DNA of 64,000 nt from Mustelus asterias. Taxonomy: Eukaryota. The stretch spans positions 496,001-560,000 of the forward strand of contig NW_027590192.1 of the NCBI RefSeq assembly GCF_964213995.1, read 5' to 3'. Below, piece after piece: positions 35,896 through 48,148 of the stretch (the first letter of the stretch is position 1; every line of letters starts with the position of its first letter). The notes beneath the pieces were generated by a model that had not been told where the DNA came from, did not search any database, and worked only from the letters and a program-made list of their open reading frames with translations. The translations under genes and the position numbers were made by a program.

Positions 35896-37082
35896 TTCTC
35901 TGGCAAAAAAAAATCGCCCACCATTCCAAACTCTGAATGATTGGGGAAGTTGCTGGTAAGTGTCCGGGACAAATTGCTATTTGTAAGGTGAAGGTAGATC
36001 AGCAGCAGGAGTTAGTGAAGAGGGTGATGGTAAGAACCAGGCAGACTGACTCACCAAGAAAGCTGCTTTAGAGGAGATTCCATGGGCTTCACCCAAAACA
36101 TAATCATTAACACTGGTCTGACAGACTCCAGTTAAACCTGATTTTAAAACTTGTCACGATCCTGACTCTGATGTGACTGTGGTCAGATAGGCCGTACACC
36201 ATAGGAACAACTTTCCCTTATGGCTCACAGCGAGTAAGGACTCAACAATCCTACAAGGTGGATTGAATTTAACTTGCTGCATTGTGATGTCTTACAAAAC
36301 AACTAGTTTAGTTTCGGGATTAAATTAGGAAGTGTTTCTCTTTTGATTCATTCTTATGTTCATAATTACTACCGGTGGCTGAGGAAGCACGAGGATGTTC
36401 CTCACCACCTGAACCTGTGTCCAAATTAATCTGACTCTGTGAAATAAAATGTCCAAATGGACACATCCCATCTGAATGATGTTCCCTGGGAAACTTTGCA
36501 GGTTGATTATACAGGCCCATTATCCACAGTAAATGGAGGGAACGGGTATATCCTAGTAGTTCGCTTGGTGGATTGAAGCTTTTGCAGTCTGAACAAAAAG
36601 AGACCCAGGTTGTCGATCCTTTCCTAGAATCTAGTACCTACACATTTCTGATATAATTATTGTAAATTTTCTCTGTTCCCTTTCTAATGCCTCAACTTTT
36701 TTTAATATGGCAACTGGAAGTGCACGCAGTGTTTGGTAAGACTTGATCCAGGGGAATCTGATTCCCCAAAAGAGGGGCTTGAGCTCATGTGTGAGTTTTA
36801 GATTGGTTTATTATGAAACAACAGCTAATAATGATGCATAATGGAATGAAAAAAAAAATTGATCCATGACTGTGAGAGCAGTTTCCCAGTTCCCGAGGAC
36901 AAACCAATGACACAGATTAAATGTTGGTCTCCATTGCTAATAGCTTCAGTCTCCTCTGAACTGTTCACTGGTGTGAACCAGAGAATGGATGTTGGGCTGA
37001 AGATCACTTTGAAATCTCTTCCTTGTCCAAAGTGATGGTTATTTTCCTTGAGAGCCTGTTTTAACCTTAACACAAATAGTTT

Positions 37083-37650
37083 AACAAAGAACAATACAGC
37101 ACAGGAACAGGCCCTTCGGCCCTCCAAGCCCGCGCCGCTCCCTGGTCCAAACTAGACCATTCTTTTGTATCCCTCCATTCCCACTCCGTTCATGTGGCTA
37201 TCTAGATAAGTCTTAAACGTTCCCAGTGTGTCTGCCTCCACCACCTTGCCCGGCAGCGCATTCCAGGCCCCCACCACCCTCTGTGTAAAATACGTCCTTC
37301 TGATATCCGTGTTAAACCTCCCCCCCACCTCACCTTGAACCTATGACCCCTCGTGAACGTCACCACCGACCTGGGAAAAAGCTTCCCACTGTTCACCCTA
37401 TCTATGCCTTTCATAATTTTATACACCTCTATTAGGTCACCCCTCATCCTCCGTCTTTCCAGTGAGAACAACCCCAGTTTACCCAATCTCTCCTTATAAC
37501 TAAGCCTTTCCATACCAGGCAACATCCTGGTAAACCTCCTCTGCACTCTCTTTACTTGTAGAAACAGAGAAAATAGGAGCAGGAGGAGGCCATTTGGCCC
37601 TACAAGCCTGCTCCACCATTCATGAGGATCATGGCTGGCCATCCAAGTCA
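37083..37650 (-). mobile_element. Two abutting CR1 3' fragments
   Basis: ORF 37202..37651 is a chimera; two CR1 tails at 37083 and about 37560. Confidence 0.8.
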
Positions 37651-38659
37651 TGAGATCAAATTGTATCAGAGTTAGAAATATCTTGTTTCATTGTCTGTGA
37701 GGGAGACATATCCTGGACAGTGATAACAGGCCTGTCCTGTGTTTGTCACCCAGCAACTGCTATGGAAGTGAGAGGGGGAATGAACCATTCCGGTAATATT
37801 TAAGAAATGCCTTCATATTTTATCAGTTGTCAATCTCCCACCTTGAGAAGGGAAAATTCTTATTGATTCTCACAAACTGATTTCTGATTAATGCAGCTAT
37901 TCCGAAGCTACAATTGTTTTTCCCTAATTTCTTGATTACTTAATATTGATGACATATTAAAGCAACGAGAATGATCAGAATCAGCAACAGAAACACATTT
38001 TCACTAAAATGTGATACCGGTTGACGTTGATTTATCCTGAACTGTAGATCATCACTTGCAAATCTATATTACTGATTTGTGGTAAGTACCTCTGGTTGAA
38101 ACAAAAGTTCAACTTTAAAGATTCTCAACTCCCTTTTCACCCAAATCCATCTTGTGGATATTTTCTATATGCCTCTTCAGTTTAATTTTACTCTTCTGAT
38201 CGATTTCAGTGTCTTTAATTCTGTCCTGTTTATTTTAACGTCAGTTTGTCTGTGGAGTCTGTGTCAATACCTTGATGATTTAAAATGTTGTCCCATTCTA
38301 CTGACCACATTAATCAGTCAATGTTGTTCTGTTAGATCAGCTGAGCATATCAGGGACCCGTTCTTCAATGCAGCTTCACCAGGCATTTCCACAGGTTAAT
38401 TAAACCACATATAACATATCACATCTACACACTAACACTGCTATCCCAGTATAATGTCCCATGTGCCACCTGATAAAAGCCAGCTTCTGGGGTTTCAGGA
38501 AATCTTACCAACAGATCATGAAGTGCGTGTGTGTGCGGGTGCATGTGTGCGTGTGTGTTTGGGGGTGGGGGGGTGGTGTCTCTGTCTGAAGATCTTATCA
38601 TCCCTGCGTGGTTCCAATACTTCAGGCAGTGGCCAGATTTTCAAATTCAGTTTTTTTGT

Positions 38660-38888
38660 TCAGAGGTATCTAATCCACGCATCCCAGGACACTAAGGGGC
38701 AATTTTAGCATGGCCAATCAACCGAACCCGCACATCTTTGGACTGTGGGAGAAAACTGGAGCACCCGGAGGAAACCCATGCAGACATGAGGAAAATGTGC
38801 AAACTCCACACAGATAGTGACCCGAGCCGGGAATCGAACCCAGGTCCCTGGAGCTGTGAAGCAGCAGTGCTAACCACTGTGCTACTGT
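38660..38888 (-). mobile_element. HE1-type SINE abutting the ZNF exon start
   Basis: Reverse-complement SINE head ends directly before TTAGAGGGAGAGGAG. Confidence 0.85.
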
Positions 38889-39236
38889 GTCGTTAGAGGG
38901 AGAGGAGTTCCAGATGGGAAAGTCAGAACAAACGTCATGTCAAAATCTGACAGAATCACTCGATTCATCAGGGACTGAATATCATCGACCTCTGAATGTG
39001 GAAGGAGAAATGTTAGTTCTGTCTGCGGGAAAAGATTTCAAACATCAGTGTGACTGGAAAAGCATCAAGACACACACACTCACCTGAGTGAGTGTTCCAG
39101 TGACCAGACTGTGGAAAGACCAGTTACACAGCCTGAAAAAACATCATACCTTTCACAATGCGGAGAAATGTACAGGTATTCTGTGTGAGGCTCCAACTGA
39201 ACATCCAACCTGGAGAGACAAATGAATAACTGAATT

Positions 39237-40347
39237 ATGGAGAAAGCATGGACATATGGTGATTGTGGGATGGGATTAATGTTCCCATTTGAACTGGGAA
39301 ATGATCAATACAGTCACACTGCGGAGGGACCGTTCACCTTCTCCATGTGTGGAGATGGATTTACTCAGTTATCCAGTCTGTCGACACACCAGCCAGTTCA
39401 TTCTGGGGAGAGGCCGTTCAGATGCTCCATGTGTGGGAAGGAATTTGCTGACTCGTGACCTGCTGGCGCATGAGCAAGTTCACACTGAGGAGAGCGCATT
39501 CATCAGGCCTGTGTGTGGCAACGAATTCACTCAGTCATGCCAGCTCACTGAACATCAACATGTACACAGTGATCAGAGACTTTTTTAATGTTCTGACTGC
39601 GATAAGAGCTTTAAGAGCAAAAGGTATCTGCAAATACACGAACGACTTCACACTGGGGAGAGACTGTTCATCTGCTCTGAGTGTGGGAAGAGATTTGTTC
39701 AGTCATCTGACTTGCTCACACACCAGCGAAGTCACACTGGGGCGAGGCCATTCATCTGCTCTGTGTGTGGAAAGTGATTCACTCAACCACACCACCTTCG
39801 GACACACCAGCAGGTTCACACTGGGGAGAGGCCATTCATCTGCTCTGAGTGTGGGAAGGGATTCACTCAGTCATACCAGCTTCTGTTGCACCAGCGAGTT
39901 CACACTGGGGAGAGACCATTCACCTGCTCCGTTTGTGGGAAAAGATTCTCTCAGTCATCCCAACTCCTCAAACACCAGCGAGTTTACACTGGGGAGGGGC
40001 CATTCACCTGCTCCGTATGTGGGAAAAGATTCTCTCAGTCATCCCAACTCCTGAAACACCAGAAAGTTCACACTGGAGAGAGGCCGTTCACCTGCTCTGA
40101 CTGTGGGAAGGGATTCACTCAGTCATCCCATCTGCTGAGACACCAGCGAGTTCACACTGGGGAGAGGCCGTTCACCTGCTCAATGTGTGGGAAGGGAATG
40201 GAGGGATACAAACGATTGGTCTAGTTGGACCAAGGAGCGGCACAGGCTTGGAGGGTCGAAGGGCCTGTTTCCTGTGCTGTACTGTTCTTTGTTCTTTGAT
40301 TCACTCTGTCATCACAGCTTGTGACACACCAGCGAGTTCACAAATGA
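39237..40347 (+). pseudogene. C2H2 ZNF pseudogene (about 12 fingers) with CR1 insertion
   Basis: MEKAW start, frameshifts, TGA at about 39774, CR1 tail at 40197-40298 in the last finger. Confidence 0.9.
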
Positions 40348-41044
40348 CTGCAAGAATTAGATTCTGCTTTTAATCATATTGAAGACTGAATGTGTGGGTT
40401 AATCCTGATGTGTGTAAGAAAGCCACTCTCTTCCATGGTTTAGAGCTCTTAGATATGGAACAGAAGCTCCTTTACAACTATATTTAGAGTCAGAAAGAAT
40501 GCTGGAAACATGGTGTCAAATCAGAGATTGGTGTAAAACTGGGATCTGTTCCTGACAAAGTAAAACGGCAGGTTTAACTTTACAGTCTGAAAATAGTACG
40601 AAGATTGAAAATGTTTGTGTGAAAATCCTGAATCTACCAATGTAAGGTAATGATAACATCAAGTTACATTTCTATCTGGAACCTTTGGCCATCTCTCACC
40701 TGCCATTGACTTCAGTGATAGAAACTGACTTGAAATCTGTCAACATTAGAAAACTATTTATAAATAATTTGAGGGTTTTTTACAGTTGGGATCTTTCTCT
40801 GTTCTCTCCACTCAAGGTTTTAGATAACAGACTTTCTCCTGTGAGTATCCAGCTGGAGTATTGGGCCCTGATGTGTTTCTTTGTTCATCTTATTGACTCT
40901 AAATATTGAACCTTGTGGTTTCAGCCGCTGATAATCAAGCTCCCAACAACAGATTGTCTTTTACTGACTTTATTAACAGCACTGCAATAATACAGACAGA
41001 GTAATTCCTCACATGGTTCCAGTACTCAGTGAAGTACTTTTTAA

Positions 41045-41420
41045 AAATTCATTCATGGGATGTGGATGTCACTGGCTTGGCCAGCATTTAGTACCCACCC
41101 TAATTACCCTTGAACTGAGCGGATTGCTAGGCCATTGCAGAGGGCATTTAAGAGTCAACCACATTGCTGTGGATCTGGAGTCAAAGATGTGCCAGACCAG
41201 GTAAGGACGGCAGATTTCCTTCCCTAAACACATTCGTGAACCAGATGGGTTTTTTTTACAACAATCGACAACAGTTTCATGGTCATGAGACTTTTAACTC
41301 CAGATTTTTATTGAATTCAGATTTCACCACCTGCCGTGATGGGATTCGAACCCTGGTCCCTGAAGTATTACCTGGGACTCTTGATTACTAGTCCAGCGAC
41401 AATATCACTCTGCCACTGCC
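41045..41420 (-). mobile_element. tRNA-head SINE (second family)
   Basis: B box GGTTCGAATCCC on the minus strand; shared body. Confidence 0.8.
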
Positions 41421-42090
41421 TGCCTTTTATATGAAATTTATATGCATCTCCGAGCCTGTAATGGTGTATTGGTCTGTAATTTTAACATAATCTAATTCAA
41501 TATTCCTTCTTTAATATCCTGTTTACCACTTTCCTATTACCTGATGAATTTGTTAATTGTTATTATTACTGGATTGTCACAGTTTCCATGTGTTTAACAT
41601 GATTATTTAGTCTGTACCTGAATTTTATGATTTTTTGATACAAGTTACAAAGCAATTCAGCCTTTTGGCTGTGATCCTGTTTCTTGAATGAAATATCATT
41701 CGATTTAAAAAGTTACCCAGTCTGGAGAACAGAGATAATACAGTGGATTCAGAACTCTCTCCTCCTCAGCTCTGATCTAACAAGCTGCAGCTACACGAGA
41801 GATATTCATGTTTAAATTGTTCACGACAGTTGTGATCTGACCCTGTTCAAACTGTAACCAGAATGATATCTGTGCATTGTTCTGAGTGTGAGCACAGGTT
41901 GTGTCACTGTCACAAACACATACCATTTCCTTGGTTCATATCTCCACACAAAGACCAGCTCTTTACACATCCCCTTTCTGCACAATCACAGCAACATGAG
42001 CAAGGATATGAGGCTCATTACTTTTCACCCACATTTCATAACAGCAAAGGCTCCACTGTACAGGAGCACACTGACCGGAGAAGAGTCTAA

Positions 42091-42850
42091 TCAGCCTGCA
42101 GGCTCCTGTTAAATACAGAGCAGTACAGGAACACACTGACAGTGTAACACTGTCTCATCAGCTTGCAGGCTCCTGTTAAATACAGAGCAGCAGAGGAACA
42201 CGCTGACAGTGTAACACTGTCTCATCAGCCTGCAGGCTCCTGTTAAATACAGAGCAGTACAGGAACACACTGACAGTGTAACACAGTCTCATCAGCCTGC
42301 AGGCTCCTGTTAAATACAGAGCAGTACAGGAACACACTGACAGTTTACACTGTCTCATCAGCCTGCAGGCTCCTGTTAAATACAGAGCAGTACAGGAACA
42401 CACTGACAGTGTAACACAGTCTCATCAGCCAGCAGGCTCCTGTTAAATACAGAGCAGTAGAGGAACACACTGATAGTGTTACACTGTCTCATCAGCCTGC
42501 AGGCTCCTGTTAAATACAGAGCAGTACAGGAACACACTGATAGTGTTACACTGTCTCATCAGCCTGCAGGCTCCTGTTAAATACAGAGCAGCACAGGAAC
42601 ACACTGACAGTGTAACACAATCTCGTCAGCCTGCAGGCTCCTGTTAAATACAGAGCAGTACAGGAACACACTGACAGTGTAACACTGTCTCATCAGCTTG
42701 CAGGCTCCTGTTAAATACAGAGCAGTACAGGAACACACTGATAGTGTAACACAGTCTCATCAGCCTGCAGGTTCCTGTTAAATACAGAGCAGCAGAGGAA
42801 CACACTGACAGTGTAACACAATCTCGTCAGCCTGCAGGCTCCTGTTAAAT
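42091..42850. repeat. 67-bp minisatellite, about 11.3 copies
   Basis: Unit TCAGCCTGCAGGCTCCTGTTAAATACAGAGCAGTACAGGAACACACTGACAGTGTAACACTGTCTCA. Confidence 0.97.
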
Positions 42851-43448
42851 TTGCTGAGACGATTTCAATTTAAACCAGGGTTGCAGGCATCATGTTCCAT
42901 TCACATATCAAAGAAGAGAGAGATGTTTTGGGACAGGGGTGAAGTCCAAGAGTCAAAAACAACAAGCAGACTTGGTTTTAGCTTTATTGATCACAGGACT
43001 GTGACCGATAACTTCCCTGGATCCCAGCACCAGGAGAGACACTCTGGAAAATATGGGGAGCTGAGAATTGTCCACGAGAATAACCGAAGGCGTGAGAACT
43101 GAAATAATCTAGAGTTCGAAATGAGCAAAGGCCCCAAATGAAGCTGGTAGCAGGACATCAATTAGTCTCCTCTTCCATTGGAGAAATATTAACACAGCAC
43201 TGCGCATTTCCATAAAAACTGACTTAGTGACATTTATCTAGAATATCAATAACTCCTATAACAGGGTTGGAGTTTAACATGAGCAGAAACACACAATGGA
43301 AGTGATTGACAGAATCCCACCCTTGCACAAAAACTGACTGATGTCTCAATAGGTGTTGTGACTGAATAAGTCCCTTCCCACAGACAGAGCAGGTGAGCAT
43401 CCACTCTTCAACACAAATGCATTGGTGTGTCTGCAACTCACTCTTCTC

Positions 43449-43982
43449 TCATTCGTAATGTTTAAAAAGTAATTTTTCAGTGTGAACATGTTGATGCAAA
43501 CTGAGAGTGTCTAACCGAGTGAATTCCTTCCCACACTTGGAGCAAGGGAACGGCCTCTCCCCAGTGTGAACTCGCTGATGCCTCAGCAGGGTGGATGACT
43601 GAATGAATCCTTTCCCACACACTGAGCAGGTGAACGGCCTTTTTCCCGTGTGAGTCTGCTGGTGTCTCATCAGTGTGGCTGACTGAGTGAATCCCTTCCC
43701 ACACACAGAGCAGATGAATGGCCTCTCTCCAGTGTGTGTGTGTTGGTGCTGTTTCAAGTGCTTTTTGCTCTTAAAGCTCTTCTCACAGTTGGAACATTTT
43801 AAATGTCTCTTATTGGAATGAGAGCGTTGGTGTGACTGCAGGTGTTGTGACTGAACAAAACCTTTTCCACACACACAGCAGATGAACGGTCTCTCTCCTG
43901 TGTGACTGCGACGATGAGTTTCGAGATGGGAAGGATAATTGAATCCCTTCCCACAGTCCTCACATTTCCATGGTTTCTCCAT
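43449..43982 (-). CDS. C2H2 zinc-finger protein, 6 fingers (2 further decayed fingers downstream)
   Basis: MEKPWKC start in actATGG context; intact ORF. Confidence 0.8.
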   Translation of the reverse strand: MEKPWKCEDCGKGFNYPSHLETHRRSHTGERPFICCVCGKGFVQSQHLQSHQRSHSNKRHLKCSNCEKSFKSKKHLKQHQHTHTGERPFICSVCGKGFTQSATLMRHQQTHTGKRPFTCSVCGKGFIQSSTLLRHQRVHTGERPFPCSKCGKEFTRLDTLSLHQHVHTEKLLFKHYE

Positions 43983-44929
43983 AGTGCCAGTGTCCTTGTG
44001 TCTCTCCAGGTTGGATGATCAGTTGAAGTCTTGTCCACACACACAATTTATGTACAGTTTCTCCCAGCTGTGAATGGTGTGATGTTTTTTCAGGCTGTGT
44101 AACTGGTTTAAGCTTTTTCCAGTCAGTTCACTGGAACACTCTCACTTGGGTGTGTGTGTCTCAGTGCTTTTCCAGTCACACTGATGTTTGAAATCTTCTC
44201 CTCCAGGCAGAACAGACAAACATTTCTCCTTCCACGTTCAAAGTCTCAGGATATTCAGGTCCAAATAAGTCGATACTCAATCTGATTTTTATGTGATGTT
44301 TCCTCACCTCACCTGTAAAAGGAGTTAACAAAAATTGTCACGGTCAATCGAGATAGAAATTCAGTCCAAAGATGTGCGGGTTAGGTTGATTGGCCATGCT
44401 AAAAAGAAAATTGCCTCTCTTGTTCCCCCAAATCAGTAAATCCCTGTACCACACACTCTCCCTCCTCCCTGGGCTGAAATCCAAACCCATCTCACCATTT
44501 CTTTCCTCCACTCCCAGTTTTCTCCCTCCCTCTCCTCTGTCTGGGTTCAGTTCTCCAGCTCCTGTCTGCAGACTGACAATAAAACCAATGGGTCTTATTG
44601 GGGGTGTTGGGGCCTCCAGCGGGTGTTTGTGAATCCTCCCCGCCCACCTCCCAGGGTTTCCTTCCTTCCCAGAGATCAGAGTCCTCATTGATTTGAGGCC
44701 AAAGTGTAACCTCTTATTTATTGTCCCCCTCCCCCATCCTCTGATGTGAACCATCCTCCAGTGGCTGAGCCAGGATGGGGCCGTTAACCTGGGCCCGTTC
44801 CCGGGAGGGAGGGAGGGAGAAGCCCCGCAGCTGCAAACCAGGGAGCTGACAATGATTCTGAAGGGTTTGCGGATCCACAAAGTGTTTCCAAATCCTCCCA
44901 GCCACCGCCTAACGCTGACTCCGCTTCTC

Positions 44930-45480
44930 CGGGACAAACAAGCGCCAAGGACAGCAATGACACTGCGCATGCTCCACATCACAATGCCCGGGCACTGATT
45001 GACGGCCGCTCCGGACCAATAGGAATAGGGGGCGGGCTGGAGGACCGAGCGGGAGCGGCTGGTCCTCCATCCAATCGGACTGAATGAGGGGCGGGGCTGA
45101 GGTGTCCCCATAGAACGCACGGGAAGGGGTTCGCATGCGCAGTAATGTTACAGTCTGGAGCATGCGCAGTAAGCAACGGCGTTTGCCCCACGCAGTGTGG
45201 GTGATCGCAATCGGAGAGAAGTTCCTCTGTCTCATCAGCAGCCGGTAAGGATGCGGAAACGTAGAGGGAGCAATGGAACCGGCGGATGGACGTAGAGGGT
45301 TTCTAAATACCTGGTCAAAGCCTCAAATCTCGAAAATGAGCCCGTCGGTCTGTGTTTGCAGCTTCCGGTCTTTTTCCCGAGACGAGACTCAGGTTAACGG
45401 CCGCCATCTTGATTCAGCAGGGAGGAGAACGCATGCTCTCGGTGACGCAACATCGAGTGGGCGGGGCTTCATGTTTCTGC
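44930..45480. promoter_or_regulatory. Bidirectional CpG promoter P4
   Basis: Same core module as 20394-20560; NRF1 palindromes, CCAAT x2, GC boxes, GCCGCCATCTT (YY1). Confidence 0.75.
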
Positions 45481-45989
45481 TTCCCCTCCAGGTCCTAGCT
45501 CCCGGTCCTATAGCACAATGAGCTATTAATAGGTTTCTAAACAGCTTCACCCACCCAGGCTGCAGCTGCTGTTTGCAGCCTCGATGAGTCCATGGGCCAT
45601 GTACATATTCAGTCTGAGAGTTGCAAACTCTGTATAGTTACCTAAAGCGGTTACACAGCTTTTGGTTACACTTCAGCCCCAGGCTCCTCATGTTTACATA
45701 GAAACATACATAGAAAATAGAAGCTGGGAGTCGGCCGTTCGGCCCTTCGAGCGTGCGCCGCCATTCATTATTGTCATGGCTGATTATCAAATTCAATACC
45801 CTGATCCCTGTCGCCCCAAGAGATTTATCTAATTGAAATCAGACTCTACTTCCACTTTTGAAGAACGTGAATCCAAAGATTCATGACCCTCTGAGAGAAA
45901 AACATCTCATCTCTGTTTTCAATGGGCAATGCTGTTTTTTAAAACAGCGACTCCCTCGATTCTCCCCTGAGAGTAAACATCCTCTCCAG

Positions 45990-46416
45990 ATCCAAAACAG
46001 AAAATGCTGGAAAGTCTCAGCAGGTCAGGCAGCACCTTTTCTCCCCCTTTGCTTCGCCTTTCCCCCTTTTTCTCAATTTTTCCTCCCTCCAATCCACCCC
46101 CCCCCCCCCCCCCCCAACATCTTCATCCATCACAACTTCTTCAGCTTCTCTGCTGTTTGGCCATTCACACTTCTATACTCTCTATGGACTGCCATTAGCA
46201 TCCTTTCCCCTGGTTCCTGTGGCTTGGACCCATCTTTCATTCCCTCACAGTGTAAATATCTCCCACTTTCTATGCCTTTTTTATGCTTTGACAAAAGGTC
46301 ACCTGGACTCGAAGCTTCAGCTCTTTTCTCTCCTCACAGATGCTGCCAGACCTCCTGAGATTTTCCAGCATTTTCTCTTTTGGTTTCAGATTCCAGCATC
46401 CGCAGTAATTTGCTTT
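45990..46416 (+). mobile_element. Penelope pLTR fragment with short inverted terminal copy and decayed hammerhead
   Basis: 45990-46034 is the inverse of 46340-46383; TTTGACAAAAGGTCACCTGGACTCGAAGC. Confidence 0.65.
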
Positions 46417-47256
46417 AACCTTTCTCTCCATATTCACCCTGTCAAGAGTTTTCAGAATCTTGAAGGTTTAAATTAAGTTGCCTCTTACTCTTTTGAAGTC
46501 GAGCAGAAGCTAAACTCGAGCAGAGACTGTCTCACTGCTCCTCATCGGACAATCCACCCATTTCCAGGTATTAATCTACTAAACCTACTATGAACTGCTT
46601 CTCATAAAGCAGTTAAAGAATAATATGCACTCATATTTTTCCTTAAATAAGGAAACCGATAATGTACACACTGCTCCAGATATGTCTAACCAATGCCCTG
46701 TGCAACTGAAACATAACTTCCCTGCTTTTACTCAATTCCCCTCATAATAAATAATAGCTTTCTGAATTACTTGTACCTGAGATAATATTGCGATTTTCTA
46801 TCGTGATGGATTTTGGACACTTTTTCTTAAACAGGGGGTTAGAAAGGGAGGATTTACACACAACAAGCTCAAACCAAGAGTTGTCTCTTCTGATGTAGGC
46901 TTTCTGAATGGGATAAGTAGGTAGCTGTGAATGGAATGTTTCCACTTGTTGGTGTTTCCAATACTGGGAACCATGAACAGACAACAGAGACGAATAAATC
47001 AACAGGAGGAGATATTTATTTCTTCGGACAGTTGTTAGAATATGGAACTCACCGCGACTGGAAGTGGTTGAGACAAATACCTTAGATGCTTTAAAAAGGA
47101 AACCAGATGAGAACATGAGAGAAAAAGGATTAAAAAGTTGAGCTGAAAAGCTGAGTTGAGGTGAGCAGAATGAGAGGAGATTTGTGTGGATTAGAAATTC
47201 CAGTACAGATCAGGGCAGGGGTGGGGTGGCGGCGGGGGCAGGGGTGGGGTGGCGGC

Positions 47257-47605
47257 GGAGGCAGTGGCACAGTGGAACTATCACTGGACTAGCAATCCAG
47301 AGACCCAGGATAATGTTCTGGGGACCGAGGTTCGAATCCCACCACAGCAGATGGTGAAATTTAAATTCAATTAAAAGTCTGATATTGACCATGAAACCAT
47401 TGTTGATTGTCGTAAAAGCCCATCTGGTTCACTGATGTCCTTTAAGGATGGAAATCTGCTGGCCTTAACTGGTCTGGCCTACATGTGACCCACAGCAATG
47501 TGGTTGACTCTCAAATGCCCTGTGAAATGGAGGGCAGTTGGGGATGGGCAATAAATGCTGTCCCAGTCGGCGACACCCACACCCCGTTAAAAATGAATTT
47601 AAAAA
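47257..47605 (+). mobile_element. tRNA-head SINE (second family)
   Basis: GGAGGCAGTGGCACAGTGG...GGTTCGAATCCC. Confidence 0.82.
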
Positions 47606-47645
47606 ATAGACTGGCCTGTTTGTGTTTTGTGTATCTCATGTATTC

Positions 47646-47935
47646 ATAGAATCCCTACAGTGCAGAAGGAGGCCTTTCAGACCACCCCACCCAGGCATAT
47701 TCCCGTAACCCCACATATTTACCCCGCTAATCTCCCTAACCTACACATCTTGGGACAGAAAGGGGCAACCACCTAACCTGAACATCTTTGGAGAGTGGGA
47801 GGGAACCGGAGCACCCGGAGGAAACCCACACAGACACGAGGAGAATGTGCAAACTCCATACAGACAGGTAACCAAGGCTACAATCGAACCCAGGTCCCTG
47901 GTGCTGTGAGGCAGGAGTACTAACCACTCTGCCAT
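47646..47935 (-). mobile_element. HE1-type SINE
   Basis: Reverse-complement head, body and tail. Confidence 0.82.
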
Positions 47936-48148
47936 CCATGTAATTCTTTGTAAACTTATTTTGCAGGAAATTGAAGAGAAGGATCTGCAGTCTGGATGAT
48001 CGAATCTCACGTCAGACAGAGTCAATCGGTTCATCGGGATCTGAAAATTTGTGCATCTGAAGGGATTTAATTGACCATCTCAGTTGGAAACTGGTGAGAA
48101 TCCGTTCATCTGCTCCTCGTGTGGGAAGGGATTGATCAGCTGGTAAAC

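Larger units (their letters stand above)
30985..36590 (+). mobile_element. Second copy of the ERV/LTR pol remnant, split by the full-length CR1
   Basis: Colinear with 3765-5110; VPWETLQVDYTGPLS at 36481-36525. Confidence 0.7.

Noticed and set aside
42091-42850. CRISPR-like regular array
   Set aside because: Units repeat end to end with no unique spacers; vertebrate context and no cas genes
44344-45120. 258-aa ORF, shared in part with 20897..21310
   Set aside because: GC-rich promoter and first-exon DNA ending in a SINE piece; the similarity reflects DNA duplication and there is no recognisable domain, although a coding role is not strictly excluded
47214-47262. G4-like duplicated 23-mer
   Set aside because: Small duplication at a SINE junction with no further support
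47257-47350. tRNA gene
   Set aside because: A/B boxes belong to a SINE head followed by a SINE body; no clean cloverleaf
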